From the IMG/VR virus record IMGVR_UViG_3300010366_000027, positions 1-36,811 of that record: a stretch of 36,811 bases of DNA; one strand, 5' to 3'. Positions 1 to 8,081 of this stretch are shown in pieces. Source of the stretch: a virus. Lineage: Duplodnaviria > Caudoviricetes. Every line of letters begins with the position of its first letter. The first letter of the stretch is position 1. The position numbers and the translations under genes were made by a program. Under the pieces are notes generated by a model that did no database searches, was not told where the DNA came from, and was given only the letters and a program-made list of their open reading frames with translations.

Positions 1-50
1 AGGCCGCTCGGAGCGAGAAAAACGAACTAGCGCCGTTGCCAGTCAAACGG

Positions 51-113
51 TAGACTACGGGGAGCCCCGCCGCCGAGACTCGACACCCCTGCGGCGGGGC
101 TCAAACAAAGGAG
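51..113 (+). promoter_or_regulatory. Putative -10 element (TAGACT 51-56), then a perfect 12-bp 5'-UTR hairpin (62-73/91-102) and RBS AAGGAG (108-113)
   Basis: GAGCCCCGCCGC...GCGGCGGGGCTC inverted repeat with no downstream U-tract on either strand; the -35 match is weak. Confidence 0.45.
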
Positions 114-131
114 CAAGCCATAAATGTCACC

Positions 132-320
132 ATGTTATTCCAAACCAGGACAACAATTCAACCAATCAAGCAGGCGAATGTCATACGTCTTACGACGATG
201 CAGACGGCCGCAGACGGCACCATACACAAGATCATGCTCATCGACGAGGATGAGTCCTTCGACATTGTCGTGCAATATCCCGACGGACAGCGTGAGGCAG
301 TTTGGAGCCTGACGAAGTGA
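132..320 (+). CDS. hypothetical protein (62 aa)
   Basis: Protein-like composition, upstream AAGGAG, stop overlaps the next GTG (GTGA); exact start uncertain. Confidence 0.65.
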   Translation: MLFQTRTTIQPIKQANVIRLTTMQTAADGTIHKIMLIDEDESFDIVVQYPDGQREAVWSLTK

Positions 321-391
321 CCTGGCCCCTGATCGGATTAGGCATTTTCTTGATCTGGGTGATCTGGCTCCTGGCGAGAAGAGGCAAGTAA
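317..391 (+). CDS. small single-TM membrane peptide (24 aa, MTWPLIGLGIFLIWVIWLLARRGK)
   Basis: Translated by hand; GTGA coupling upstream, stop ends 1 nt before the next ATG; hydrophobic helix with basic tail. Confidence 0.65.
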   Translation: MTWPLIGLGIFLIWVIWLLARRGK

Positions 392-392
392 C

Positions 393-944
393 ATGCGAGC
401 AATCTTTTGCGTTGACCCAGGCAAGTCCACAGGCGTTGCTTGGGGCATCCTCAATGAAGCAGAACGAAACGGACTCGCAATCGATGCCGTGGCGAAAAGA
501 ATCTTCTCCGGCTCAACCACCATCACGGCCAGCGAACCCGAACAGATCCGCTTGCTCAACAAGCTCTGGGTTGAGTTCAAGCGACGCAGCGTCCAAAAAA
601 ATCTTCTCACACCAGAGCAGATTGACCTCGTGGTCGAGGACTTTGTCTTGTTCCCTGGCGAGAAGCCAGGCAAGGACACAACCGTTGCTGAGCGAATCGC
701 TTGGGGCTTTGAAGGGTACCGCATGGCCAACTTTGATCGACACAGGCCACACGCCAATCCACCCATGCGACACTACACTAGCATCACCTGGCAGAAGTCA
801 GGAGCAGCCAGCAGGTTCGCACAGAAGGACATCCTCACAAGAGCAGACGCCTGGATTGTCGGCAAGCAGCATGAGCGCTCCGCATTTGCCCATATGATCC
901 TGCGGACAAACGTCCTCATGGACAACCGCAAGCCCCACACATGA
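393..944 (+). CDS. RuvC-like Holliday junction resolvase/nuclease
   Basis: N-terminal IFCVDPGKSTGVA and central LVVEDF motifs typical of phage RuvC-like RNase H-fold proteins. Confidence 0.7.
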   Translation: MRAIFCVDPGKSTGVAWGILNEAERNGLAIDAVAKRIFSGSTTITASEPEQIRLLNKLWVEFKRRSVQKNLLTPEQIDLVVEDFVLFPGEKPGKDTTVAERIAWGFEGYRMANFDRHRPHANPPMRHYTSITWQKSGAASRFAQKDILTRADAWIVGKQHERSAFAHMILRTNVLMDNRKPHT

Positions 945-1069
945 GGCGCCGCAAGCAGGATCACTTCCTCACCAGAGCAATGGGTTGCGGCATTATGCTG
1001 CTCTGCATAACGGCATGGTGCAGCTTCGTTGCCGCGATCACCTACGCGATATATACGCGCGTACGATAA
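941..1069 (+). CDS. small single-TM membrane protein (42 aa, MRRRKQDHFLTRAMGCGIMLLCITAWCSFVAAITYAIYTRVR)
   Basis: Translated by hand; ATGA overlap with the RuvC-like stop; basic N-terminus plus hydrophobic helix. Confidence 0.6.
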   Translation: MRRRKQDHFLTRAMGCGIMLLCITAWCSFVAAITYAIYTRVR

Positions 1070-1092
1070 CGCGATACGCGCGCATACGCGCG
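1043..1092. repeat. Helically phased TACGCG repeats / alternating purine-pyrimidine tract
   Basis: TACGCG at 1043, 1054, 1075 and 1085, plus AACGCG at 1068. Confidence 0.7.
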
Positions 1093-1136
1093 AGTAGCTC
1101 CCATAAAGCCATGCGGGGCTTGCTCCTAAATAGCCC

Positions 1137-1175
1137 TTTACTTCGGGGCTGCGAGCAGGTAAGATCCCCTGCATG
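1137..1175 (+). promoter_or_regulatory. Sigma70-type promoter driving a leaderless transcript
   Basis: TTTACT (1137-1142)-N17-TAAGAT (1160-1165), 7 nt before ATG 1173; no SD in between. Confidence 0.6.
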
Positions 1176-2318
1176 GCTTCGAACACCGAACTCCGTGACC
1201 AGGCTACGGCCTTGCTCAACCAGGCGATTGAAGTCCTCGCTGGCATCACCGATTCCGGAGAGCAACCCATCCCGCCCGAGCCACCCAATCCGACTCCGAT
1301 GACTGGCATCTATCATGGGGCCTACATTGATGGCTCCACGATGCAGCGCTACTACGGCGACGACTACGCCTACACGGTGCCCTGGGATCCCGAGGAGCGT
1401 GTGCAAAAGAAGTTCGAGGAGGACGCCAGCAAGACCATTGCCATCTCACACTGGGGCACCGGCTCGGCCTCCGTACCGATCTGGGACTCGAACGCGAACG
1501 ACATGCTGGAGAAGATGAGAGAGGCGCGCGGCCGATCCTGCTACCCGCTCCTGGATACATCGACCGCCAGCGTCTACCTCGGCGACATCGTACGTGGAGA
1601 CTTCGACGACAAGATCCGCGAGTGGTTTTCGGTCATTGCGACCTTTGGCAAGCCCTGGATCATCCGTCTCAACACCGAGATGAACGGCAGTTGGTATGGC
1701 TACGGCGCTAATGATCTACAGGGGCCGGAGCAGCCGACCAACTTCGTCAAGTCGTGGCAGCGTATCCACGACCTTGCAGGTGAGGTCGGCGCCAACGATA
1801 ATGCCACCTGGCATTGGGCTCCCAACTCGCTGCCTCCGTGGGACGTGACGTACTTCCCGCATCCGTTCTCGGCATACTATCCTGGCGATGAGTACGTCGA
1901 TCTCGCTGGCTTCGTCTGCTACCAGCAAGGCAAGGATGCCTCGGAGGGCGACTGGAGCTACCTGAGCGGCGCCAGCTACGACGAGTGTCTCAAAGTCGCG
2001 CCGAACAAGCCGATGCTGATCTCGGAGTGGTCGAGCTTCTTCGAGTTCACGCAGCCGCCCAAGAACCCGGATCACGGCTTCTGTTCAAATAAGGGCGAGT
2101 GGCTGCGCAACGCCCTCAACTACGTGGCCAGTGACCAGCCGGCCATCATGGGTATGGTCATGTTCAACTGCGGCTACGAGACCGGCAAGATGGAGCACAA
2201 CGAGATCGAGACCAGCGAGGCCGCCAAGAACGGATACCGGCGCGGCGTCAGCGACGACCCGATCTGGATTGGCAGACACGACCTCGCAGACAGCGGAAAG
2301 GTACCGGTGCTGAGATGA
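1173..2318 (+). CDS. glycoside hydrolase family 26-like protein
   Basis: IRLNTEMNGSWY (acid/base Glu), WHWAPN, YYPGDEYVDLAG and KPMLISEW (nucleophile Glu) motifs; N-terminal helix plus Pro-rich linker. Confidence 0.85.
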   Translation: MASNTELRDQATALLNQAIEVLAGITDSGEQPIPPEPPNPTPMTGIYHGAYIDGSTMQRYYGDDYAYTVPWDPEERVQKKFEEDASKTIAISHWGTGSASVPIWDSNANDMLEKMREARGRSCYPLLDTSTASVYLGDIVRGDFDDKIREWFSVIATFGKPWIIRLNTEMNGSWYGYGANDLQGPEQPTNFVKSWQRIHDLAGEVGANDNATWHWAPNSLPPWDVTYFPHPFSAYYPGDEYVDLAGFVCYQQGKDASEGDWSYLSGASYDECLKVAPNKPMLISEWSSFFEFTQPPKNPDHGFCSNKGEWLRNALNYVASDQPAIMGMVMFNCGYETGKMEHNEIETSEAAKNGYRRGVSDDPIWIGRHDLADSGKVPVLR

Positions 2319-2515
2319 GCTTACCGCCCGACAAACGCGAGCTACCCGTCGAGGGCTTATGGATGCGTGACCCCGAATGGGAGGTCATGCTACGCGGCGC
2401 AGCCGACCAGGGCGAGGGCCGCCAGTTCTGGTGGGATCCGGTTCACGGTTGGGTCAAGCACGAAGGCCCGACCATTCAGGTCACTGTTCCTCCCAACCAT
2501 CTGAGACCGTACTGA
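2315..2515 (+). CDS. hypothetical protein (66 aa)
   Basis: ATGA and TGATG overlaps with both neighbours. Confidence 0.7.
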   Translation: MSLPPDKRELPVEGLWMRDPEWEVMLRGAADQGEGRQFWWDPVHGWVKHEGPTIQVTVPPNHLRPY

Positions 2516-3231
2516 TGCCCGGCGGCGTACACTACTTCGAGAAGGGCGACCTGCCGCAGCTCAAGCGCAAGGGGCAAAGCGCCAAGAACCGCCGCAGAGT
2601 TACTCAGGCGAAACAGAAGCGCGACGAGCGCCTCAAGTCCATATGTGGCGCGAAGAAGCGCAACGGATACGGTGAGTGCCGGCGGATGGCCGGCTGGGGG
2701 ACAAAGCATCCGGGGATCGGCCGTTGCAAGTACCACTCGGGCGGGTCTCCAATGGCGCGTAAGAACTCCATCAAGGAAGAGGCGATTGTCTTCATGGGGG
2801 CGCCAAGGGACATCAATCCCTTCGACGCGATCATGTGGTGCATTCGGATTACTGCGGGCGAGGTCGAGTGGCTGAGCATGAAAATCGCGGAAGTAGATGA
2901 GATTGACTGGATCGAGGAGACGCAGTTCGGCAAGCAGATGAACGTTCTGCAACGCAGTCGTGCCGACGCGCAGGATCGACTCGTCCGCTACTCTCGTGAC
3001 GCAATTCAACTCGGGCTCGCGGAGCGTTCCATCCGTTTGGCGGAGAACTTCGGCATGGTGTTGGCACGCCTGCTGGAGAACATCGCCAGCGAACTCAACT
3101 TGACGAAGGCGCAGAAGGAGATCTGGCCGGGGATCGTGCGCCGGCAGCTGATCCTTATGCAAGGAGGAACGCCGCCAGAAGAGAATGTTCTCTTGGGAGA
3201 GGCTGAGGATGCCGACGCGCTCACGGCGTAG
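2515..3231 (+). CDS. terS: terminase small subunit (HGGxSTG-like Cys/His domain)
   Basis: CGAKKRNGYGECRRMAGWGTKHPGIGRCKYHSGGSP motif; lies directly upstream of terL; start taken at the TGATG overlap. Confidence 0.75.
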   Translation: MPGGVHYFEKGDLPQLKRKGQSAKNRRRVTQAKQKRDERLKSICGAKKRNGYGECRRMAGWGTKHPGIGRCKYHSGGSPMARKNSIKEEAIVFMGAPRDINPFDAIMWCIRITAGEVEWLSMKIAEVDEIDWIEETQFGKQMNVLQRSRADAQDRLVRYSRDAIQLGLAERSIRLAENFGMVLARLLENIASELNLTKAQKEIWPGIVRRQLILMQGGTPPEENVLLGEAEDADALTA

Positions 3232-4720
3232 CAAGTTCACCCACGATGCGTATGTCCCGCCTCAATACGATCACTTTCCAGAGGGTACCGCCGATGCGAC
3301 TTTGCGTTATCTCTTCCCGGAGCCAGCGCCGTACCTGGACAACGCGGCCGACTGGATTCGTGACATCCTGGGAGAAAGTATTTGGAGTAAGCAAGAGGAG
3401 ATTTGCAACAGCGTAGTCACTAACAGATACACGGCCGTGAAGGCATGTCACGGCCCCGGCAAGAGCTTCATTGCGGCGCGGATTGGTTGTTGGTGGCTCA
3501 ACGTCTTCAAGCTCGGAGATGCTTTCCTCGTTACGACAGCGCCGTCCTGGCCTCAGGTTCAGGCGATCTTGTGGCGAGAGATTCGGCGGGCGTGGCGCAT
3601 TGGCAAGCTGCCCGGGCGCATTACCCTCGAATGCCAATGGTATATGGGCGAGGGGAGGAATGACGAAGAGCTGATCGCTATGGGCCGCAAGCCCGCCGAC
3701 TACAACGAGCAAGCTTTCCAGGGTCTGCACGCTCGTTACATCCTGATCATTCTGGATGAGGCGTGCGGGATTCCTGAGACGCTCTGGACTGCGGTCATGA
3801 CACTCATGACAAACGAGAACGCTCGGGTGCTTGCAATCGGCAACCCGGACGACCCAGGCTCGCATTTCGCGCAGATTTGCAAGCCGGGATCTGGATGGAA
3901 CGTGATTAGCATCTCGGCGTTCGATACACCGAACTTTACCGGTGAGACGGTCACACCGCTTCTGGCGGAGAACCTCGTCACCCCGTTGTGGGTGGAGGAT
4001 CGTCGCAGGGAGTGGGGTGAAGGATCGCCGCTCTGGCAAGCGAAGGTGATGGCTGAGTTCCCCGATATCAGCGACGAATACCTGATCACGCCAGCGATGA
4101 TACAAATCGGTATAGACACGGATCTGCCGGGGATTGAGAAAGGTTCGTACGGCGCGGACGTGTCGAGGATGGGCGTGGACAAAACGGTTGTGTATAGGAA
4201 TCGCGGGGGCGTGATCAGGTACGTCGATTCGTGGGGAATGACGGACACCATGCGGACAACCGGAAAGTTCAAGCTCATCCTCGACAGGCACCATCATACC
4301 AATCGACCGAACATGGTGATAGACATCATCGGTCTTGGCTCCGGTGTCTTCGACCGTCTGCGCGAGATGGGCTACCCATCGACTCCATTCAACGGCTCGG
4401 AGAGAGCTTACAGACCGGATAAGTTCAAGAACCGGCGTGCGGAGATATACTGGACATTCCGCAACGACCTGGAAGCGGGAATGATCGACCTTGACGGCGC
4501 AGACGAGGAGCTTCTGGCGCAGTTGCAGAATATCAAGTGGTGGGTTGATTCGAGCGGTCGCATTCAAATCGAGTCGAAGGACGACATGCGTGAGCGCGGG
4601 GTGAAGTCTCCAGACCGTGCTGACGCCTGCGTCTATTCGACCGTACGAACAGGGCCGTTGATTGTTCAGCCGTCCGCGTACGGCAGTCTTGCAACCGACC
4701 TTCTAACTATGGAGATGTAA
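3209..4720 (+). CDS. terL: terminase large subunit
   Basis: Walker A-like TAVKACHGPGKS, Walker B ILIILDEA, IGNP coupling motif, nuclease motifs GADVSRMGVD and KSPDRADA; start 3209 chosen by RBS (3185 also possible). Confidence 0.95.
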   Translation: MPTRSRRSKFTHDAYVPPQYDHFPEGTADATLRYLFPEPAPYLDNAADWIRDILGESIWSKQEEICNSVVTNRYTAVKACHGPGKSFIAARIGCWWLNVFKLGDAFLVTTAPSWPQVQAILWREIRRAWRIGKLPGRITLECQWYMGEGRNDEELIAMGRKPADYNEQAFQGLHARYILIILDEACGIPETLWTAVMTLMTNENARVLAIGNPDDPGSHFAQICKPGSGWNVISISAFDTPNFTGETVTPLLAENLVTPLWVEDRRREWGEGSPLWQAKVMAEFPDISDEYLITPAMIQIGIDTDLPGIEKGSYGADVSRMGVDKTVVYRNRGGVIRYVDSWGMTDTMRTTGKFKLILDRHHHTNRPNMVIDIIGLGSGVFDRLREMGYPSTPFNGSERAYRPDKFKNRRAEIYWTFRNDLEAGMIDLDGADEELLAQLQNIKWWVDSSGRIQIESKDDMRERGVKSPDRADACVYSTVRTGPLIVQPSAYGSLATDLLTMEM

Positions 4721-5637
4721 TGGCGAGCTGGTGGGAGAAGCCGTATCCGGGTGGGCCGATGGTAGCCGTGAGGGGATTCCCTCGGCCTCTGTATCCTCCG
4801 GATGCGGCACCGGGACATACGCCTTCAGAAGACGGGCCTGATGTGGAGGCGTACAAGCGTGTGGTGTCGCGTGCTGGGCGCTGGAAGTGGCAACCTTTCG
4901 ACCAGAACTTCAGCAACGGCTTCTCCCACGGCAAAGGCCCGAACGTCATCGACAGTGGTGTAGCAGGGATCCAGAGGCAGCAGAAGATGGATCCTGATTC
5001 GGGATGGGTAGGCGAGAAGACCTTCAACACTTTGCGTTCCATAAAGATCCCTCCAGGCCTGCCCCACGCAGGCGAGATGGCCATGGACGCTCGCGCCGTC
5101 GAGCTGGTCAACGCAGCCTGGGACGTATACGGAGGGAAAGAGCCTGTGCCGCCAGCCGATTCCCCCATCGGAGCGGCGCAGGCTCGCCTTGACCGGGCGA
5201 TCAGTCAGCTTGGTGTGAAGGAATCTCCTGCCAACTCAAACCAGTGCGAGTTCACCGACTGGTACGGGATGGTCGGCCCGTGGTGCGCGATGTTCGTTAC
5301 CTGGGCCGACCTCACCGGCGAGGTTCCCTGCCCATACACCTTCAAGAAGGGCTCGTACTATGCCTATGTGCCGTATGTCGTCTACGACGCCCGTATGGGT
5401 TATCGAGGTCTCGCCATTACCAGTTCACCGAAGCCAGGCGATCTCGTCTGCTTTGATTGGGATTGGAACGGCGAGTTCGACCACATCGGCATCTACGAGA
5501 AGTCTCTTGGAGGAGCGCAGTTCTACGCCATCGAAGGAAATACGAGTCAATCAAACAACTCGAACGGCGGTGAGGTCATGCGCCGGCAGCGAGACCTCAA
5601 CGGGCAGGATACGGTATTTGTGCGAGTGAAGGAGTAG
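4720..5637 (+). CDS. endolysin: N-terminal peptidoglycan-binding-like domain plus C-terminal CHAP amidase/peptidase
   Basis: QLGVKESPANSN, PWCAMFV (catalytic Cys), PGDLVCFDW, DHIGI (His), IEGNTS. Confidence 0.85.
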   Translation: MASWWEKPYPGGPMVAVRGFPRPLYPPDAAPGHTPSEDGPDVEAYKRVVSRAGRWKWQPFDQNFSNGFSHGKGPNVIDSGVAGIQRQQKMDPDSGWVGEKTFNTLRSIKIPPGLPHAGEMAMDARAVELVNAAWDVYGGKEPVPPADSPIGAAQARLDRAISQLGVKESPANSNQCEFTDWYGMVGPWCAMFVTWADLTGEVPCPYTFKKGSYYAYVPYVVYDARMGYRGLAITSSPKPGDLVCFDWDWNGEFDHIGIYEKSLGGAQFYAIEGNTSQSNNSNGGEVMRRQRDLNGQDTVFVRVKE

Positions 5638-5640
5638 TAA

Positions 5641-7122
5641 GTGGCGAGACCCAAGACGACAACCAGGACAGGTGCAGCGCCGCCTCTCAACGAGATCGGC
5701 ACCGTACTCGATGGAAACTTCTCTCCTGCGGGGATGGCTCCCTGGATTACCTGGGTTGACGTCGAGGAGGTAGTGCCGCAGCTGAAGTGGCCGCTGTCAG
5801 TTCGAACGTACCAGAACATGAGGAACGACTCGCAGATCGCTGCCCTCTACGACGCGACCCTGCTAGCGATCCTCAAAATGGAGTGGCTGATCGACCCGAA
5901 CTCAGCCGATACGGCAATGGTCGAGAAGCTCTCTCGCGACTACAACATTCCGATTCTCGGTGAGAAGACGGACAACATCAAGCGTGGCCGGCTGAAGAAC
6001 CGATTCAGTTTCCGCAATCATGTTCGTCTCGCTTTCAAAGCCGGGATCTATGGCCACTACTACTTCGAGCAGGTGGGCTATATCGGCGATGGTCGCAACG
6101 GACGACCGAACGATGGACTCTGGCACTTGAGGAAGCTCGCGGAGCGTCCGCCTCTCACTATTCAAGAGTTTCGTGTAGGAGAAGACGGTGGGTTGATCTC
6201 CATCGTGCAGAACGTGATTCAACCGAACGCAGCTTCATGGCAGAATCCGGTTCCCGAGATCCCGATTGACCGTCTTGTGGGGTACGTTTGGGATCGAGAA
6301 GGTGCGAACTGGGCCGGTCGTTCGTGGTTCCGCGAGTGTTACAAGAACTGGTTGATCAAGGATCGCCTGCTGCGGATAGACGCGATCAACCACGAACGGG
6401 CTGGAGGAGTACCCTATATTGTGGCTCATCCTGGAGCTACGAATGACGAAATCGACGATCTCAACAAGATGGCTCAAGCGTTTCGGGTCGGAGATACTGC
6501 TGGAGGAGCAGTTCCGTCTGGAGCCAAGTTTGAGATCGCTCGTGGCCTGCAAAGCTCTGTCATCGGTTCGGTAACGTACCACGACGAGGCGATGGCGAGG
6601 AAGTTCATGCTGATGGTCATGCAGCTTGGACAAACGCGAACGGGGTCTCGTGCTCTTGGCACCACGTTCGTAGACTTTTGGGCATCAGGTATGGAGGCAA
6701 TCGCTCATTGGTTTGCGGATATTTTCAACGAGCACGTAGTCGAGGATGACATCGACTGGAACTTCGGTGAGGAAGTAGATCAAGTACCCATTCTTGTATT
6801 CGACTTCGATCCGGAGTTGATTGTGGCAGATCTTGTCCAGTTGATTGCTAACGGAGGTATTATCGTGGATGACGAGCTAGAGGCAGCGATCCGTAAAGAG
6901 ATGCATCTGCCTCCAGCGCAGCATCCTCGGCCGACTCCGGCACCGCTACCGCCTGGCGCTGGCGTTCAAGAGCCGCCGGTGGATCCGAACAAGCCAGATC
7001 CGAACAAGGTTCTGGATCTACAGCAGCAGCAAATCGACAAGCCAGCACCGGCTGCTCTACCGCCGGGTGGCGCGCCCCAATCTACGTCCCGAAACCCGAC
7101 GGGCAAGAAAGTTGGGACGTAG
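5641..7122 (+). CDS. portal protein (Mu gp29/DUF935-like)
   Basis: Position, size, GRSWFRECYKNWLIK and GSRALGTTFVD motifs; Pro-rich C-terminal tail. Confidence 0.85.
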   Translation: MARPKTTTRTGAAPPLNEIGTVLDGNFSPAGMAPWITWVDVEEVVPQLKWPLSVRTYQNMRNDSQIAALYDATLLAILKMEWLIDPNSADTAMVEKLSRDYNIPILGEKTDNIKRGRLKNRFSFRNHVRLAFKAGIYGHYYFEQVGYIGDGRNGRPNDGLWHLRKLAERPPLTIQEFRVGEDGGLISIVQNVIQPNAASWQNPVPEIPIDRLVGYVWDREGANWAGRSWFRECYKNWLIKDRLLRIDAINHERAGGVPYIVAHPGATNDEIDDLNKMAQAFRVGDTAGGAVPSGAKFEIARGLQSSVIGSVTYHDEAMARKFMLMVMQLGQTRTGSRALGTTFVDFWASGMEAIAHWFADIFNEHVVEDDIDWNFGEEVDQVPILVFDFDPELIVADLVQLIANGGIIVDDELEAAIRKEMHLPPAQHPRPTPAPLPPGAGVQEPPVDPNKPDPNKVLDLQQQQIDKPAPAALPPGGAPQSTSRNPTGKKVGT

Positions 7123-7125
7123 TGA

Positions 7126-7190
7126 GGGCGACGGTCGTGTTATGGGCTCCCTCCTGCACGGCCGTCGCCTATCATCAAGGAAGGAGGTAG
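7126..7190 (+). promoter_or_regulatory. 14-15 bp hairpin with anti-SD loop, followed by RBS AAGGAGG
   Basis: GGGCGACGGTCGTG (7126-7139) pairs with CACGGCCGTCGCCT (7157-7170), with G-U pairs on the + strand; loop contains CTCCCTCCT. Confidence 0.65.
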
Positions 7191-7192
7191 TA

Positions 7193-7498
7193 ATGGCAAA
7201 AGGAGCAGGCCCAAAGCCGAGTAAGCCGACTTCGAAGGCAAAGGGCCGTACTCATAACCCGAAGTTCAAGGGTGCGGCGGCGTCGCAGGTCGGATCGAGT
7301 TCCAGCTCCGGGATGAATGTCGGTGGTCAGACCGACGCTACGGTTCGCAAGAATCAGTTCGCTCAAGGGGCCATGCTCCATCAGCAGCTGAAGAAGAGCC
7401 AGGGCACTGGTCTCGGCGTTCCGGGCAAGGGTTCACCCGGGAAGGTGGGTAGCTCGACCGCTCGCAGTGTCGGCAAGGTCAAGAAGCCAGCCAAGTAA
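7193..7498 (+). CDS. Lys/Gly/Ser-rich basic low-complexity protein (101 aa)
   Basis: Strong RBS AAGGAGG before ATG 7193; MAKGAGPKPSKPTSKAKG...VGKVKKPAK. Confidence 0.8.
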   Translation: MAKGAGPKPSKPTSKAKGRTHNPKFKGAAASQVGSSSSSGMNVGGQTDATVRKNQFAQGAMLHQQLKKSQGTGLGVPGKGSPGKVGSSTARSVGKVKKPAK

Positions 7499-7521
7499 CA
7501 TCAACCTCGAAAGGACTTGAT

Positions 7522-8079
7522 ATGGCGAAGACAGTAGGCCCAGTCTGGATTGTCCAGCCAGAGGACACGCCGCCTCCGCAGGAGCCGGGAACACCGGCAC
7601 ATCCGATCGTTCTGCCGCCCGACGGGATTTGGGGGCCGACCGATCCACGCCCCAATCCTCCAATCGTGATCCCGCCGGATCCGCCGCTCACCATTTGGGG
7701 GCCGACGGATCCGCGGCCGACGCCACCGATCAACCTGCCTGGCGATCCAGACGTGCCGGGCGACGTGTTCCCAGGGCACCCGATCTACATCCCTGACGAC
7801 GTGTATCCGGACAACTCGCTTCCCGAGGGGCTCCAGAACGCCGGCAGCCCAGACTTCTACCAGCGCAAGACGTTGGGGATCAACTGGGACGAGAACTTCG
7901 ACAAGGCGCAGATGGTTGCGATCTACGCCGGCACCGCCGACGCCGAGCCGGTCAAGGTTCGCACCGTCGCCAACAACGGCGCCTCATCGGTGACCTACCC
8001 GCAGGACTTCAGCGGCGAGGTCGTGATTCGCGTGGCGGGGATGGACAACTACCTCGAAGGCACCACGACCGTCCAGTAG
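7522..8079 (+). CDS. Pro-rich acidic protein with IWGPTDPRP repeats and a beta-rich C-terminal domain
   Basis: RBS GAAAGGA; GC3-rich codon usage; duplicated IWGPTDPRPxPPI. Confidence 0.85.
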   Translation: MAKTVGPVWIVQPEDTPPPQEPGTPAHPIVLPPDGIWGPTDPRPNPPIVIPPDPPLTIWGPTDPRPTPPINLPGDPDVPGDVFPGHPIYIPDDVYPDNSLPEGLQNAGSPDFYQRKTLGINWDENFDKAQMVAIYAGTADAEPVKVRTVANNGASSVTYPQDFSGEVVIRVAGMDNYLEGTTTVQ

Positions 8080-8081
8080 CG

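Noticed and set aside
62-110. Intrinsic terminator
   Set aside because: No U-tract 3' of the stem on either strand; position after a -10-like element and before an RBS fits a 5' UTR
3221-4567. Long antisense/alternate-frame ORFs (e.g. 3221-4567 -, 2476-3240 -, 15237-16307 +, 31208-31942 +, 10554-11282 -)
   Set aside because: Shadows of high-GC3 real genes; no RBS or motifs, and they overlap well-supported CDSs
7067-7192. Upstream-extended starts given by the ORF track (7067, also 2377, 10404, 11042, 24243, 26238, 29711 and 31174)
   Set aside because: They overlap upstream genes; downstream ATGs with clear RBS or stop-start coupling fit better
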